Source: Nannocystis sp. SCPEA4 (GTDB taxonomy: Bacteria; Myxococcota_A; Polyangia; Nannocystales; Nannocystaceae). From it: a DNA stretch of 64,000 nucleotides. The stretch covers positions 268,752 to 332,751 of the forward strand of contig NZ_JAPNJX010000001.1 of NCBI RefSeq assembly GCF_026626685.1, in the 5' to 3' direction. Of this stretch, positions 37,022 through 47,804 are shown one piece after another. The notes under the pieces were generated by a model. The model ran no database searches, had not been told where the DNA came from, and saw only the letters and a program-made list of their open reading frames with translations. Position numbers and translations under genes: made by a program. Each line of letters starts with the position of its first letter. Position 1 is the first letter of the stretch.

Positions 37022-38386
37022 GTGTCCGCCCGCACGCTCCTCGCCGCCGCCTCCCTCGCCCTGCTCGCCCTGGCGCCCGCGTCGGTCCGCGGCGGCGAGT
37101 CGAGCGCCGAGCGCCTGCACCGCAAGGGCGTGCACTGCATGGAGGAGATCGAGCGCCGCGACTGCGCGATCGAGCACTTCGAGGCGCTGCTCGACGAGCG
37201 CACCGATCGCCGCGAGCTGGTCACCGACGGCCTCCTGCGCCTCGTGAAGCTGTACGAGAAAGAGGATCGACCCGAGGACCTCAAGGCCGCGCTGCGCCGC
37301 TTCTGGGACGCCGGCAAGACCGACACCCGCCGCGGCCACCTGCCCTACACCGCCCGCTTCCTGCCGAAGGACTTCGACGTCGTCTTCCACGCCCACATGC
37401 AGCGCCTCATGGCCGCGCCGCTGGCCAAGCAGCTCGACGAGATCGCCGAGTACGTCATGACCTGCGACCCGCACGTGCGCGACCAGCTCGACGACGTCCG
37501 GATCTTCCGCAAGGCCCAGCGCAAGGCCCGAGAGACAGGTGTGACTGTCCAAAAGGCCATGTCCGACGTCGTCGCCGAGGAGAAGAAGCGGACCGAGGCG
37601 TACAAGAAGCGGCGCGCCCAGGCCGAGGCCGAGGGACGCCCGCGCCGGCCAGAGCCGGTGTTCGCCGACGCCACCTGCCAGGTCGCGCGCGCCCTCGGCG
37701 ACGACACCGCGGCCGTCTGGACCCGCGGCGCGTTCGCCCTCGCGCACGGCGACTTCACCCGCTCCGCCGCGATCATCGAGATCCCCGACCTCGCCGCCAA
37801 GCTCGAGGCCGCGGTCGCCGCCGGCCGCCTGCTCCCCCGCGGCGAGCGAGCCTATGCGCTCACGCCGCTGCGCTACCACGGCGGCGAGGTGCTGCTGCGC
37901 GTGCTCGACGGCGGCGAGCTGGTCGTCGCGCCGCCGGCTGTCATGAACGAGATCGCCGCCAACTACGCCCGCGGCAAGCGCACGCTGCCCCGCGAGGTCG
38001 ACCGCCTCGTCGTCGGCGTGCCGGTCGACGCCGGCTTCTTCGCCGTCGCCACCGAGGCCGCCGTCCGCGAGCTCGGCTTCGGCGGCATGTCGAAGGGCCG
38101 CCGCGGCCTGCTCCAGCTGCTGCTGCCGCGCCCCGAGGGCCTGCAGATGGCCGGCGTGGCCCACGAGTACTTCGGCTTCTTCCTCCGCATGCCGACGGAC
38201 ACCCCGCTCAAGGCCGGCGCGCTCGTCGAGATCGTCCAGCGGATGATCGCCAACCAGGCCGAGGCCGACTCCGAGAGCGCCGACTTCCTGCGCCTGCTCG
38301 ACGTGACTCAAGCCACGGACAAGCGCGCGCTCCTCCTGTCGTACGTCATGTCGCGCCGGCAGATCGAGACGATCGTGCTGCGCTGA
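37022..38386 (+). CDS. Secreted hypothetical protein (454 aa)
   Basis: Signal peptide (V)SARTLLAAASLALLALAPASVRG. High GC3. No family recognised. Confidence 0.55.
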   Translation: MSARTLLAAASLALLALAPASVRGGESSAERLHRKGVHCMEEIERRDCAIEHFEALLDERTDRRELVTDGLLRLVKLYEKEDRPEDLKAALRRFWDAGKTDTRRGHLPYTARFLPKDFDVVFHAHMQRLMAAPLAKQLDEIAEYVMTCDPHVRDQLDDVRIFRKAQRKARETGVTVQKAMSDVVAEEKKRTEAYKKRRAQAEAEGRPRRPEPVFADATCQVARALGDDTAAVWTRGAFALAHGDFTRSAAIIEIPDLAAKLEAAVAAGRLLPRGERAYALTPLRYHGGEVLLRVLDGGELVVAPPAVMNEIAANYARGKRTLPREVDRLVVGVPVDAGFFAVATEAAVRELGFGGMSKGRRGLLQLLLPRPEGLQMAGVAHEYFGFFLRMPTDTPLKAGALVEIVQRMIANQAEADSESADFLRLLDVTQATDKRALLLSYVMSRRQIETIVLR

Positions 38387-38396
38387 GCGGCGAGGC

Positions 38397-40112
38397 GTGG
38401 CAGTCTTGTCCCCCGTGGCGACCCCCCTGTCGGCCCTCTCGCTGATCGCCTGGCTCGCGCTCGCCGGCGCGGCACCTGGCGGTTCGAGCATGTCCATTGG
38501 CGCAGGTCCTGGCGGCCAGGTGCGTTCGGACATGTCCGAACGGCCAGGCCCGCTCCTGGCCCTCGCGCCGGCCCGCGGCGGCAAGGCCAAGGCCCCCGCC
38601 CCCGAGCCCGCTCCGGCCCCCGCCCCGCCGGCCTACGGCCCCGAGCAGGCCCGCGCCGACATCGAGCTCGTGCTCACCGGCCGCGGCCAGGACTACCTGC
38701 AGGCCCGCGCGCGGCTCGAGCAGCACCCGACCGTCGCCGCGCCCCTGGTCACCGCGCGCATGACCGCCACGCCCGCCCCCACCGCCGTCGAGCAGCGCCG
38801 CCTGCTCGCGCTGCTCGGCGGCATCGCCCGCCCCGAGGACGTCCCGCTGTTCGCCGACGCCATGCGCCGCGACGTCGCCGCCGCGGCCAAGCAGTCGCAG
38901 GAGCAGGGCATCGAGCTGCCGGCCGCCGAACCATGGCGCCAGATCCTGCGCGCCCAGGGCCCTGCGGCCGCGCCGGCGCTCACCGGGCTCGTGGGGGAGA
39001 AGTCGTTCAGCGAGGAGCTGCGCGGCCTCCTGCTCGCCGACCTCGTCGCCGTCACGCCGGCCGACAAGCTGCCCGAGCTCGTCGCGCTGGTCGGCCTCGG
39101 CGCGCCGAGCCTGCGCGCCGCGCTGCGCCAAGCGATCGCTCGCCGCGCGCACGCGTCCGCCGACGAGCGGGCCCAGCTCGTGCGGGTCGTCGACGCCGCG
39201 ATCGAGGCCCGCGAACCGGCGCGCCTGCCCGGCCTCGTGCTGCTGCGCGCCGCGATCGGCGGCAGCGACGACGGCGTGTTCACCCAGCGCGCGGCCGCCC
39301 TCGCCGAGGACGCGGCCGCCGAGTTCGCCGCCCGCGTCGCCGCGCTCCGCGTGCTCGTCGCGCGGCGCAGCGACCCCGCGGCGCAGACGGTGCTGGCGCG
39401 CCTCGCCGAGCAGCACCTGCCCGCCGACAAGCGCGTCGAGCTGCGCAGCGAGATCCTCGGCAGCCTCGCCCTCGCCGGGCTCGAGCCCGGCCCTGCCGCC
39501 GCCGTCGTCGACCGCCTGCAGCTCACCGGCGCCGACGCGCCGCGGGTCGCCGTCGCGGCCTTCTCCGTCGCCACCTTGCCGGCCGACGGCGCCTGGCTCG
39601 ACGCTAGCCAGCGCCACGCCTGGCCCGAGGTCCGCGCCGCCGCGCTCGCCCGCGTCGACGGCCCGTGCTCGCCAGGCATCCTCCGCCGGCTGCGCGACGG
39701 CACCAGCACCTCGGGCAACACCTTCGAGACCGACGCCACCGTCGCGCGCGAGGTCATCGCCGCGCTCGGCCGCTGTGGGGGTCCCGACGCCTTCGCCGCG
39801 CTGCAGGCCGTCGTGGTCGACGCCAATCAGAACGTCGACCGACGGGCCGAGGCCGCGCGCCAGCTCGTCGATCGCCACGGCAGCGCCGGCGCCGACGTCG
39901 TCGCCGCCGTATTGCGCAGCACCGACGACCTCGCGGTCGCGCTCCGCCTCGTGCGCGCCCTGCAGCGCTGGCCCGACGACAAGGCGCCCCCCTCCGACGG
40001 CGTGCGCCAGGCCCTGTGCGCCGCGAGCAAGCGCCAGGAGCTGGCCACGATCGCCCAGCGGGCCGTCCGCGGCCTGTTCCCCGACCTCGACGACCCCTGC
40101 GCGGGCAACTGA
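38397..40112 (+). CDS. HEAT/ARM-like repeat protein, probably exported
   Basis: Alpha-helical Ala/Leu-rich repeats (…LVALVGLGAPSLRAALRQAIARRA…). The N-terminal ~45 codons contain the palindrome ttcggacatgtccgaa, so the true start may be the Met at ~38530. Confidence 0.5.
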   Translation: MAVLSPVATPLSALSLIAWLALAGAAPGGSSMSIGAGPGGQVRSDMSERPGPLLALAPARGGKAKAPAPEPAPAPAPPAYGPEQARADIELVLTGRGQDYLQARARLEQHPTVAAPLVTARMTATPAPTAVEQRRLLALLGGIARPEDVPLFADAMRRDVAAAAKQSQEQGIELPAAEPWRQILRAQGPAAAPALTGLVGEKSFSEELRGLLLADLVAVTPADKLPELVALVGLGAPSLRAALRQAIARRAHASADERAQLVRVVDAAIEAREPARLPGLVLLRAAIGGSDDGVFTQRAAALAEDAAAEFAARVAALRVLVARRSDPAAQTVLARLAEQHLPADKRVELRSEILGSLALAGLEPGPAAAVVDRLQLTGADAPRVAVAAFSVATLPADGAWLDASQRHAWPEVRAAALARVDGPCSPGILRRLRDGTSTSGNTFETDATVAREVIAALGRCGGPDAFAALQAVVVDANQNVDRRAEAARQLVDRHGSAGADVVAAVLRSTDDLAVALRLVRALQRWPDDKAPPSDGVRQALCAASKRQELATIAQRAVRGLFPDLDDPCAGN

Positions 40113-40114
40113 AG

Positions 40115-41395
40115 ATGGCCACCGACAAGCCCAGGCTCCGCAAGGTCGAGCGCGTCGCGCTGCAGCGCGGCGACGAGGCGCTGATCGTCCTGCGCGACCC
40201 GACCGGCCTCAGCGAGCAGGTGGCCTTCCCGCAGGAGGCCTCCGTCATCCTCGACGCGCTCGACGGCCAGCGCACCGTGCCGCAGCTGCGCCAGTCGCTG
40301 GCGATGCGCGGGATCATCGACATCCCGCTCGCCGACCTCGAGGCCCTGGTGCGCGACCTCGAGAGCGCCGGCTACCTCGACGACGACGCCTTCCGCGCCC
40401 GCTGGGAGGCCATCCACCGCGAGTTCCTGGCCAATCCGGTGAGGCGGCCGCGCTGGGCCGGCCTGCTCTACCCCGACGACCCGACGGCCCTCGGCGCCGC
40501 CCTGGCCGCCGCGCTACCTGACCCTTCGGCCAGGCTCGCCGACGCCAGCGAGATCCTCGGCGTGCTCCTGCCGCACCAGCCGCTGCCGGGCACCGGCGCC
40601 GCGCCGCCCGACGCCGCCGTCCACGCCGCCGCCGGGCTGAGCGACGAGGTCCTGCGCGGCCTGCCGCGCGCCCGCGACATCGACCTCGTCGTCGTCGTCG
40701 GCACCGACTACCACCCCGGCCTGCAGCCGTTCGTCATCACCGACAAGCGCTACGCCACCCCGCGCGGCGAGCTGGCCAGCGACCCGGCGCTGGTCCGCGC
40801 GCTCGACCGCCGCCTGCCGTGGATCCGGCGCGAGGAGATCCGCCACCGCGAGGCGCTGAGCCTCGAGCTCGCCGCGGCTGTCCTTCAGCACCTGTACGAT
40901 GGAGCATGTCCTCCCGTACTCCCGGTGCTGTGCGGCCCGGGCGCGATCGAGCTCGACGACGGCGGCCCGGTCGAGAGCTTCCTCGCCACCATGGAACATG
41001 TCCTCGAGGACAGGCGCGTGCTCTGGTGGGTGACCGCCGAACTCGGCCACGAGGGGCCCGCCTACGGCCGCCCGCCGCTGACGCGGGAGCGGGCCGCTGC
41101 CCTGGTGGCCCGCGACCGAGCCTGCCTGGCCGCCCTGGCCGACGCGCGGCCCGAGCAGCTGGAGCGCTGCTGCAAGGGCGTCCCGGGCCTCGACCCGCCG
41201 AGCGGCACCGCGGCCCTCGTCACCGCTGCGCGTCTGTTCCCTGTCGGCTACGGGGCCGACCTCGTCGCTTACGCGTCTGGCCGCCCGGTCGGTCCCGACG
41301 ACGGGTGGGTCGGCCTCGGCGGGGTCCGCTTCACGCGGCCCGCCGACACCGGCGACGACGACGACTTCAGGCCCGCGAGCCCGCGAGCCTCATGA
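40115..41395 (+). CDS. PqqD-like (RiPP recognition element) domain fused to a MEMO1/AmmeMemoRadiSam-B-like domain
   Basis: N-terminus VERVALQRGDEALIVLRDPTGLSEQVAFPQEASVILDALDGQRTVPQLRQSL...DLEALVRDLESAGYL is colinear with PqqD (…ILELVDGRRDVAAI…). Then WAGLLYPDDPTAL resembles the Memo family AG(S)FYP motif. Confidence 0.55.
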   Translation: MATDKPRLRKVERVALQRGDEALIVLRDPTGLSEQVAFPQEASVILDALDGQRTVPQLRQSLAMRGIIDIPLADLEALVRDLESAGYLDDDAFRARWEAIHREFLANPVRRPRWAGLLYPDDPTALGAALAAALPDPSARLADASEILGVLLPHQPLPGTGAAPPDAAVHAAAGLSDEVLRGLPRARDIDLVVVVGTDYHPGLQPFVITDKRYATPRGELASDPALVRALDRRLPWIRREEIRHREALSLELAAAVLQHLYDGACPPVLPVLCGPGAIELDDGGPVESFLATMEHVLEDRRVLWWVTAELGHEGPAYGRPPLTRERAAALVARDRACLAALADARPEQLERCCKGVPGLDPPSGTAALVTAARLFPVGYGADLVAYASGRPVGPDDGWVGLGGVRFTRPADTGDDDDFRPASPRAS

Positions 41396-41960
41396 TCTGC
41401 TCGACGGCCTGCTCGACCGTCAGCGGGATCCGTCCCTGCGGGTCGACCGACGCCTGGGCCGCCAGCCCGTAGATCACGGCGATGATGCCGCGAGCCACCA
41501 CCTGCGGGTCCCCGGCCAGCACGCCCTGCTCCACGCCGCGGCGCACGATCTCGGCGTAGGCGCTGCGCATCTCGGCGAACGTCTTCTCGAGCTTCTCGCG
41601 GTACTCCTGGATCTGGCCCGACATCGTCACCAGCAAGTTGCAGAGCTTGGCCTCGTCGCCGTGCTCCACGAACAGGCGGAGGTGGTTGGCCGCCACCTGC
41701 GCGAGCGCCCGGTCGGCCGGCAGGTCCGGCGGGACGTCCGCCGCCCAGCGCTCTTGCAGGGCCAGGAGCTGCGCGTCCAGGATGTCGTGGAACAGCGACT
41801 CTTTGGCCTTGTAGTGGAAGTAAACCCCGCCCTTGCTGAGGCCGGCGTCGCGGGCGATATCCAGGAGCCGCGTCGAGGAGTAGCCGCGGCGCACGAAGCA
41901 CCGCGTCGCCGCAGCCCTGATCTGCTGCTTGCGCTGGTCGTCGATCTTCTGGCGTGTCAT
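41367..41960 (-). CDS. TetR-family transcriptional regulator
   Basis: HTH IRAAATRCFVRRGYSSTRLLDIARDAGLSKGGVYFHYKAKESLF. The 3' end overlaps the convergent upstream gene by 29 bp. Confidence 0.8.
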   Translation of the reverse strand: MTRQKIDDQRKQQIRAAATRCFVRRGYSSTRLLDIARDAGLSKGGVYFHYKAKESLFHDILDAQLLALQERWAADVPPDLPADRALAQVAANHLRLFVEHGDEAKLCNLLVTMSGQIQEYREKLEKTFAEMRSAYAEIVRRGVEQGVLAGDPQVVARGIIAVIYGLAAQASVDPQGRIPLTVEQAVEQIMRLAGSRA

Positions 41961-42284
41961 CGCTGCTCCCCACCCTCCCGGCGCCTGGCCAGCGCCCCCG
42001 GCCTCCACGCTAACGGAGACCCCCACCGGTCTGTAAAGCCGCCTCGCACCCTCACAGACGACGGGTGATAATGGCCCTCTCGCCGCGAACGGCCGCGTAG
42101 AGGTGGCCTGGCCGCCGGATCGGCCCTTGTGCGGTGCGCGGGCGGTATCGGCCCTCGCACGCGTCGATCTCCGTCGCCGTGAGCTCGCTGCTGGCGGGCG
42201 ATGCCGCCCCGCGCGAGGCTACCCCTTGGCCCGACCCCCTCCTGAATAAGACACTAAGTCGCGCGTCCTGGACGCCGAGGTTTT

Positions 42285-42839
42285 ATGCGCAAGCTCCTTC
42301 CGGTCTTCATGGCCATCGCCTTCTCGCTGCCCGCCTGCTCCTTCTCGTATTCGTCGTCGAGCCGCTCCGGAACGGCGCCAGGCACCACCAACGGGACGAA
42401 GAACGGCAAGGGCAAGCCGGCGCGCCAGGCCGCGGTCGACACGTCGAGCACACCTGCTCCGGCTCCCGCTGCCAAGCCCGCCCCCAAGCCTGCCCCCGAG
42501 CCCGAGCCCGCCACCACCACTCCCGAGCCCGCGCCGGAGCCGACCGAAGAGCCCACGCCGGGCCGCGCCACCGACCCCAAGCCGGGCCGCGCCACCGACC
42601 CCAAGCCGGGCCGCGCCACCGACCCCACGCCGGCCCGCCTCGATCCGGCGACCCAGGTCGCCCCGCGTGACGGCACGCAGAAGGCCGGCCTCAGCCTCAC
42701 TACCGGCGAGTCCAAGCCCAAGACCAGCACCATCTCCAACGGCGGCGCTGCGCCCACGACCAAGCCCGCCACCCTGACCGGCACCCCCAAGCCGACCGAG
42801 CCGCCCAAGAACGGGGCCAAGCTGGCCGCGCCGCAGTGA
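42285..42839 (+). CDS. Pro/Thr/Ala-rich lipoprotein with 3 perfect 24-bp tandem repeats (PGRATDPK x3)
   Basis: Lipobox LPAC. The repeats ccgggccgcgccaccgaccccaag x3 at ~42553-42625 are seen in the sequence. Confidence 0.55.
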   Translation: MRKLLPVFMAIAFSLPACSFSYSSSSRSGTAPGTTNGTKNGKGKPARQAAVDTSSTPAPAPAAKPAPKPAPEPEPATTTPEPAPEPTEEPTPGRATDPKPGRATDPKPGRATDPTPARLDPATQVAPRDGTQKAGLSLTTGESKPKTSTISNGGAAPTTKPATLTGTPKPTEPPKNGAKLAAPQ

Positions 42840-42870
42840 GCCGGCGACCGTTCGTCCGCCCTCAGTGAAC

Positions 42871-42902
42871 GAAGGGCCATGACCGCAAGGTCATGGCCCT
42901 TC
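42871..42902 (+). terminator. Intrinsic terminator-like hairpin after the lipoprotein gene
   Basis: gaagggccatgacc-gcaa-ggtcatggcccttc, a perfect 14-bp stem, followed by attcat. Confidence 0.6.
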
Positions 42903-42996
42903 ATTCATGTCCGCGGGGACAGCTCTCAGGAGCGCGAGCCGGCGGCGGCTCGAGCCGCGGTCGGCCGGCTGGCTGCCATGTCCCCCGGGACAGCTC

Positions 42997-43656
42997 TCAG
43001 GAGCGCGAGCCCGTGCGCGCGTGGGCGCGGCGGCCGGGCACGTCGGCGCGCTGCATCGGCGCCGGCGGCAGCTCGAGCCGCGGGTCGGCCGGCTGGCTGC
43101 GGCGCAGCACGTCGAGCGAGACCTCGTCGAACTCGTCGTCGGCGTCGTCCTCCTCGAGGTCCTCACGGGCGGTGAAGCGGCGGCGGAGGATCAGCGCCTC
43201 GTCGGCCGCGTCGGCCTCGTCGCCCATCTCGCCGAGCTCCTCCTCGTCGACCTCGTCGAGCTCGGCCGGATCGGCGCTCGGCGGCTCGAGCTCGAGCTGG
43301 GCCGGGCTGGCGCGCCGCTTGCGAGCCGCGGGGGCGGACTTGCCGGCCGGGGCGTTGAGGCTCGCGCGCAGCTCGACGCCCGGACGGAAGTCGATCGTGA
43401 AGGCCGCATCGATCGTCATCGGCTCGAGCGTCCGCGGGTTGACGCCCTTGCGAGCGGAGCGCTTCTTCTTGGTGAAGGTGCCGAAGCCGGGGAACGTGAA
43501 GCGCGGGCTCTGGGCCCGCGTCACCCTCGCCTTGACGAAGTAGGCGGCCATCTCCCCGAACGCGATCTCGAGGATCTGCTGCACGCACTTCTTCGTGATG
43601 TCCGGCGGCAGATCACGGTTGCGTGCGATTTTTTCGATGAGTTCAGCCTTCGTCAT
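42997..43656 (-). CDS. HU/IHF-family DNA-binding protein with a long acidic/low-complexity C-terminal tail
   Basis: N-terminal ~90 aa MTKAELIEKIA...FPGFGTFTKKKRSARKGVNPRTLEPMTIDA has the HU fold signature. The tail overlaps ~72-bp repeats at 42906-43105. Confidence 0.7.
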   Translation of the reverse strand: MTKAELIEKIARNRDLPPDITKKCVQQILEIAFGEMAAYFVKARVTRAQSPRFTFPGFGTFTKKKRSARKGVNPRTLEPMTIDAAFTIDFRPGVELRASLNAPAGKSAPAARKRRASPAQLELEPPSADPAELDEVDEEELGEMGDEADAADEALILRRRFTAREDLEEDDADDEFDEVSLDVLRRSQPADPRLELPPAPMQRADVPGRRAHARTGSRS

Positions 43657-43872
43657 CGCGTCGCCACAGAAACGTGACTGTAGAAGTGGCGACGCGAACC
43701 GTCAACTGTACTGCCGAACAGCATCAGCAGCTGACGTGACGATCATCGCTGAAAACTGGACTACAGAAATTTCACAACGCGGATCGGTAGCGGCGCGCGC
43801 GACCCACTTCTCCACAGCTCTTCGCGCGTGAAAATCCGTCGCGCATCCGGGCATTGCATGTGCATGACGCGA

Positions 43873-44560
43873 TCAACTTCGCAGCACGCGCAGCGCTCGC
43901 TCGAGGTCCGACATCACCGTGTCGTCGGCCGGGTTTCGCTGCCCCGGAGGGAGTTCACCCTCGCGTCGGATCACGTACGACGGATGATACGTGACGTGAA
44001 GTGGGATCTGCAGGCCTGCACCTGGGTCGTCGTAGGTCCAACGACGGTTGCGCATCTGTGCCAACTTCAGATCCTGCTCGGTGCCGATCAGCAACATCCC
44101 CGCGTACCTGCCGAGCGCCACGATCACCGCGGGGCGGATCGCCCGGATCTGGGCGCGCAGGAACGGCGAGCACTTCTCGATCTCGTCGGCGGCCGGTTCG
44201 CGGTTGCCGGGCGGCCGGCACTTCAGCACGTTGGCGATGTAGACCTGCTCGCGCTTCATGCCCAGGCGCTCGATCCACTGCGTCAGCCGCCGGCCGGCCG
44301 CGCCGACGAACGGCTCGCCGCGCCGATCTTCGTCCGCGCCGGGCGCCTCGCCGATGAACATCACCCGCGCGTTGGGGTCGCCGACGCCGAATACAATGTT
44401 CGTGCGGGTCTTCGAGAGCTTGCAGCGGGTGCAGTCGCCGACGTTACGGGCCCGTAAGTACTCGAGCTTCTGCGCCGGCGTCCACGCCTGAGCCTGCGCG
44501 CGCAGCGAGGCATCGCCGGCCGGGCGCGGCGCGCCCTCGGCCGCACGCGGCGGTGCGCCC
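43873..44560 (-). CDS. Uracil-DNA glycosylase, family 4 (start uncertain; the ORF stays open upstream through a tandem-repeat region)
   Basis: [47 protein letters not shown]...HVTYHPSYV are family-4 UDG motifs (4Fe-4S Cys, GEAPG, HPS). Confidence 0.75.
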
Positions 44561-44619
44561 TGATCCGCCAGCGGCAGGCTGACCGTCCGGGGCCGCGGCG
44601 ACGGCTCCGCGGGCTGCTG

Positions 44620-45080
44620 GTTGACCGTGCGAGCGCGCGGCGGCTCCGCGGACGGCGGGGTCGCGGCGCGTGATCTCGGTGCCTCTTGCGGCGGCGACGA
44701 CTCCCAGTCTGCAGAGCCCCGCTGCGCGCGCCCTCGCGTCGTCTCCTGCGGCGGCGACTCCCGCTGCGCGCGCCCGCGTGTCGTCTCCGGCTGCGACGAC
44801 TCCCAGTCCCCGGAGCCCGGCTGCGCGCGCCCGCGTGTCGTCTCCTGCGGCGGCCACGGCTCCCAGTCTCCGGGGTCGGGCTGCGGCGACGGCTCCCAGT
44901 CCTCGGGGCCCGGCTGCGCGCGACCGCGTGTCGTCTCCTGCGACGGCTCCCAGTCCGCAGGGCCCGGCTGCGCGCGCCCTCGCTTCGTCTCCTGCGGCGG
45001 CGGCCCCGAGGCCGCCGGGCCCGGTTGTGTGCGCGCTCGCGGCTCGGACTCGCGGGCGGATCTGGCCTGGTCTTCGGGCC
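44620..45080. repeat. Degenerate tandem repeat array, ~45-90-bp units x ~6-7
   Basis: Units of the form cctgcggcggcgactcccagtc...ggctgcgcgcgcccgcgtgtcgtct. On the minus strand they translate to (PQETTRGRAQ...DWEPS)n, either an N-terminal extension of UDG or an intergenic array. Confidence 0.7.
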
Positions 45081-45323
45081 ATGTCGGTGCGCGCACGCCC
45101 GCGGCGGCGCGATCGGTCACCTGTCCGGACGACCAGGTGCTGTCCGGAGCGGGCGATCGCTCCTCCGGCGCGGAACTCGGCGCGCCGGCGCGACGCGGAG
45201 AGGACGCGGCGGACACGTACGCCAAACCCCGGAACTCCCGGAGGTGGCGCAGGTGGGCGGCGAACTGAACCGCCAGCCGCCGGGTCGCGTCGCGTCGATC
45301 GCCTTCCACTGCGAGATCCTCCG

Positions 45324-46642
45324 TCAGCTCGTCGCGGCCAGCGCGTCGAGCAGCCAGGCCGCCAGCGCCGCCTTGGCGATCGGCGGGCCCGAGGCGCGCA
45401 CGGCGATCGCGTCGCCGTCGCGCGCCAGCAACAGGCCGGCGTTGGTCGCCGACGCGAAGCCGACCCCGGGCGCGCCGACGCGGTTGACGAAGATCGCGTC
45501 GGCGCCCTTGGCCCGCAGCTTGGCCGAGCCGAGCCGGATCAGCTCCTGCTGCAACCTGTCCTCGGGGCCATCCTCGACCGTCTGCGCGGCGAACCCGAGG
45601 AAGCGCGAGCGCGGGGCGCCCGGCGCCGCGCCGCGGCCGAAGCGGGCCGTCAGCGCGGCGAGGATGTCGGGCGCCGCCCGCCAGCCGAGCGTCGGCAGCG
45701 TCGCCAGCAGCTCCACCTTCTCGAGCTTGCGCGCGGCGCCGCCGTCGATCTCGAGGTCCTGCACCGCCGCCACCATGGCCACCCAATCACATGGCCCTTG
45801 AGACAGCTCGTTCTCCAGCGCCGCCTGCATCTCGGCCGCGGTCTCGACGTCGACGCGGCGCACCCCCGCCGGGGTGACCAGCTCGACCGGCCCGGCCACG
45901 AGCGTCACCGCGGCGCCGGCGCGCTGGGCCGCCTCGGCCAGCGCGAAGCCCATCGCCCCGGTCGACGCGTTGGTGACGAAGCGGACCGGATCGATGTACG
46001 TGCGCGTCGGCCCGGCCGACACCAGCACGCGCTTGCCGGCCCACGGCCCGCGGCTCGCTGCGCCGACGCCGAGCCGCGCCAGCGCGGCGGCGACGATCAG
46101 CGGCGGGTCGATCATGCGGCCCTCGCCGATCCACCCGCACGCCAGCTGCCCGCGATCGGGCCCGACGAACTCGGCCCCGCGGGCGCGCAGCGTCGCCAGG
46201 TTGTCCTGCGTGGCCGGGTGGCGCCACATGTTGGTGTTCATCGCCGGCGCCCACAGCACCGGCGCGCGCGTGGCCAGCAGCACCGTCGCCGCGAGGTCGT
46301 TCGCCAGCCCGTGGGTCGCGCGCGCCAGCAGGTCGGCGGTGGCCGGCGCGACGACCACCAGGTCGGGCCAGTCGGCGAGCTCGATGTGGCCGACGTGGCC
46401 CTCCTCCTCCGGATCGAGCAGGCGCGTGCGCACCGGCCGGGTCGAGACCGTCGCCAGCGACAGCGCGCTGACGAACGCCTCCGCCGCCGGCGTCATCACC
46501 ACCTGGACCTCGCAGCCGGCGGCGACGAACGCCCGCACCAATTCCGGCGCCTTGTAGGCCGCGATCCCGCCGCTGACGATCAGCAGGACGCGACGGCCCC
46601 GCGGACGTGTCCCCTGGGACATGTCCGTGGCGCCAGCCTCGG

Positions 46643-46646
<4 letters not shown>
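45324..46646 (-). CDS. coaBC: Bifunctional phosphopantothenoylcysteine decarboxylase / phosphopantothenate-cysteine ligase
   Basis: Flavoprotein domain [20 protein letters not shown]...PAMNTNMW, then CoaB domain. The alternative Met at 46622 lies inside a GGACATGTCC motif. Confidence 0.9.
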
Positions 46647-47800
<1,154 letters not shown>

Positions 47801-47804
47801 GTCT

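Noticed and set aside
43873-45786. Full 637-aa extent of the UDG ORF
   Set aside because: The 5' ~460 bp overlap the coaBC coding region. Only the conserved UDG core (to ~44560) is called; the repeat region is left as uncertain.
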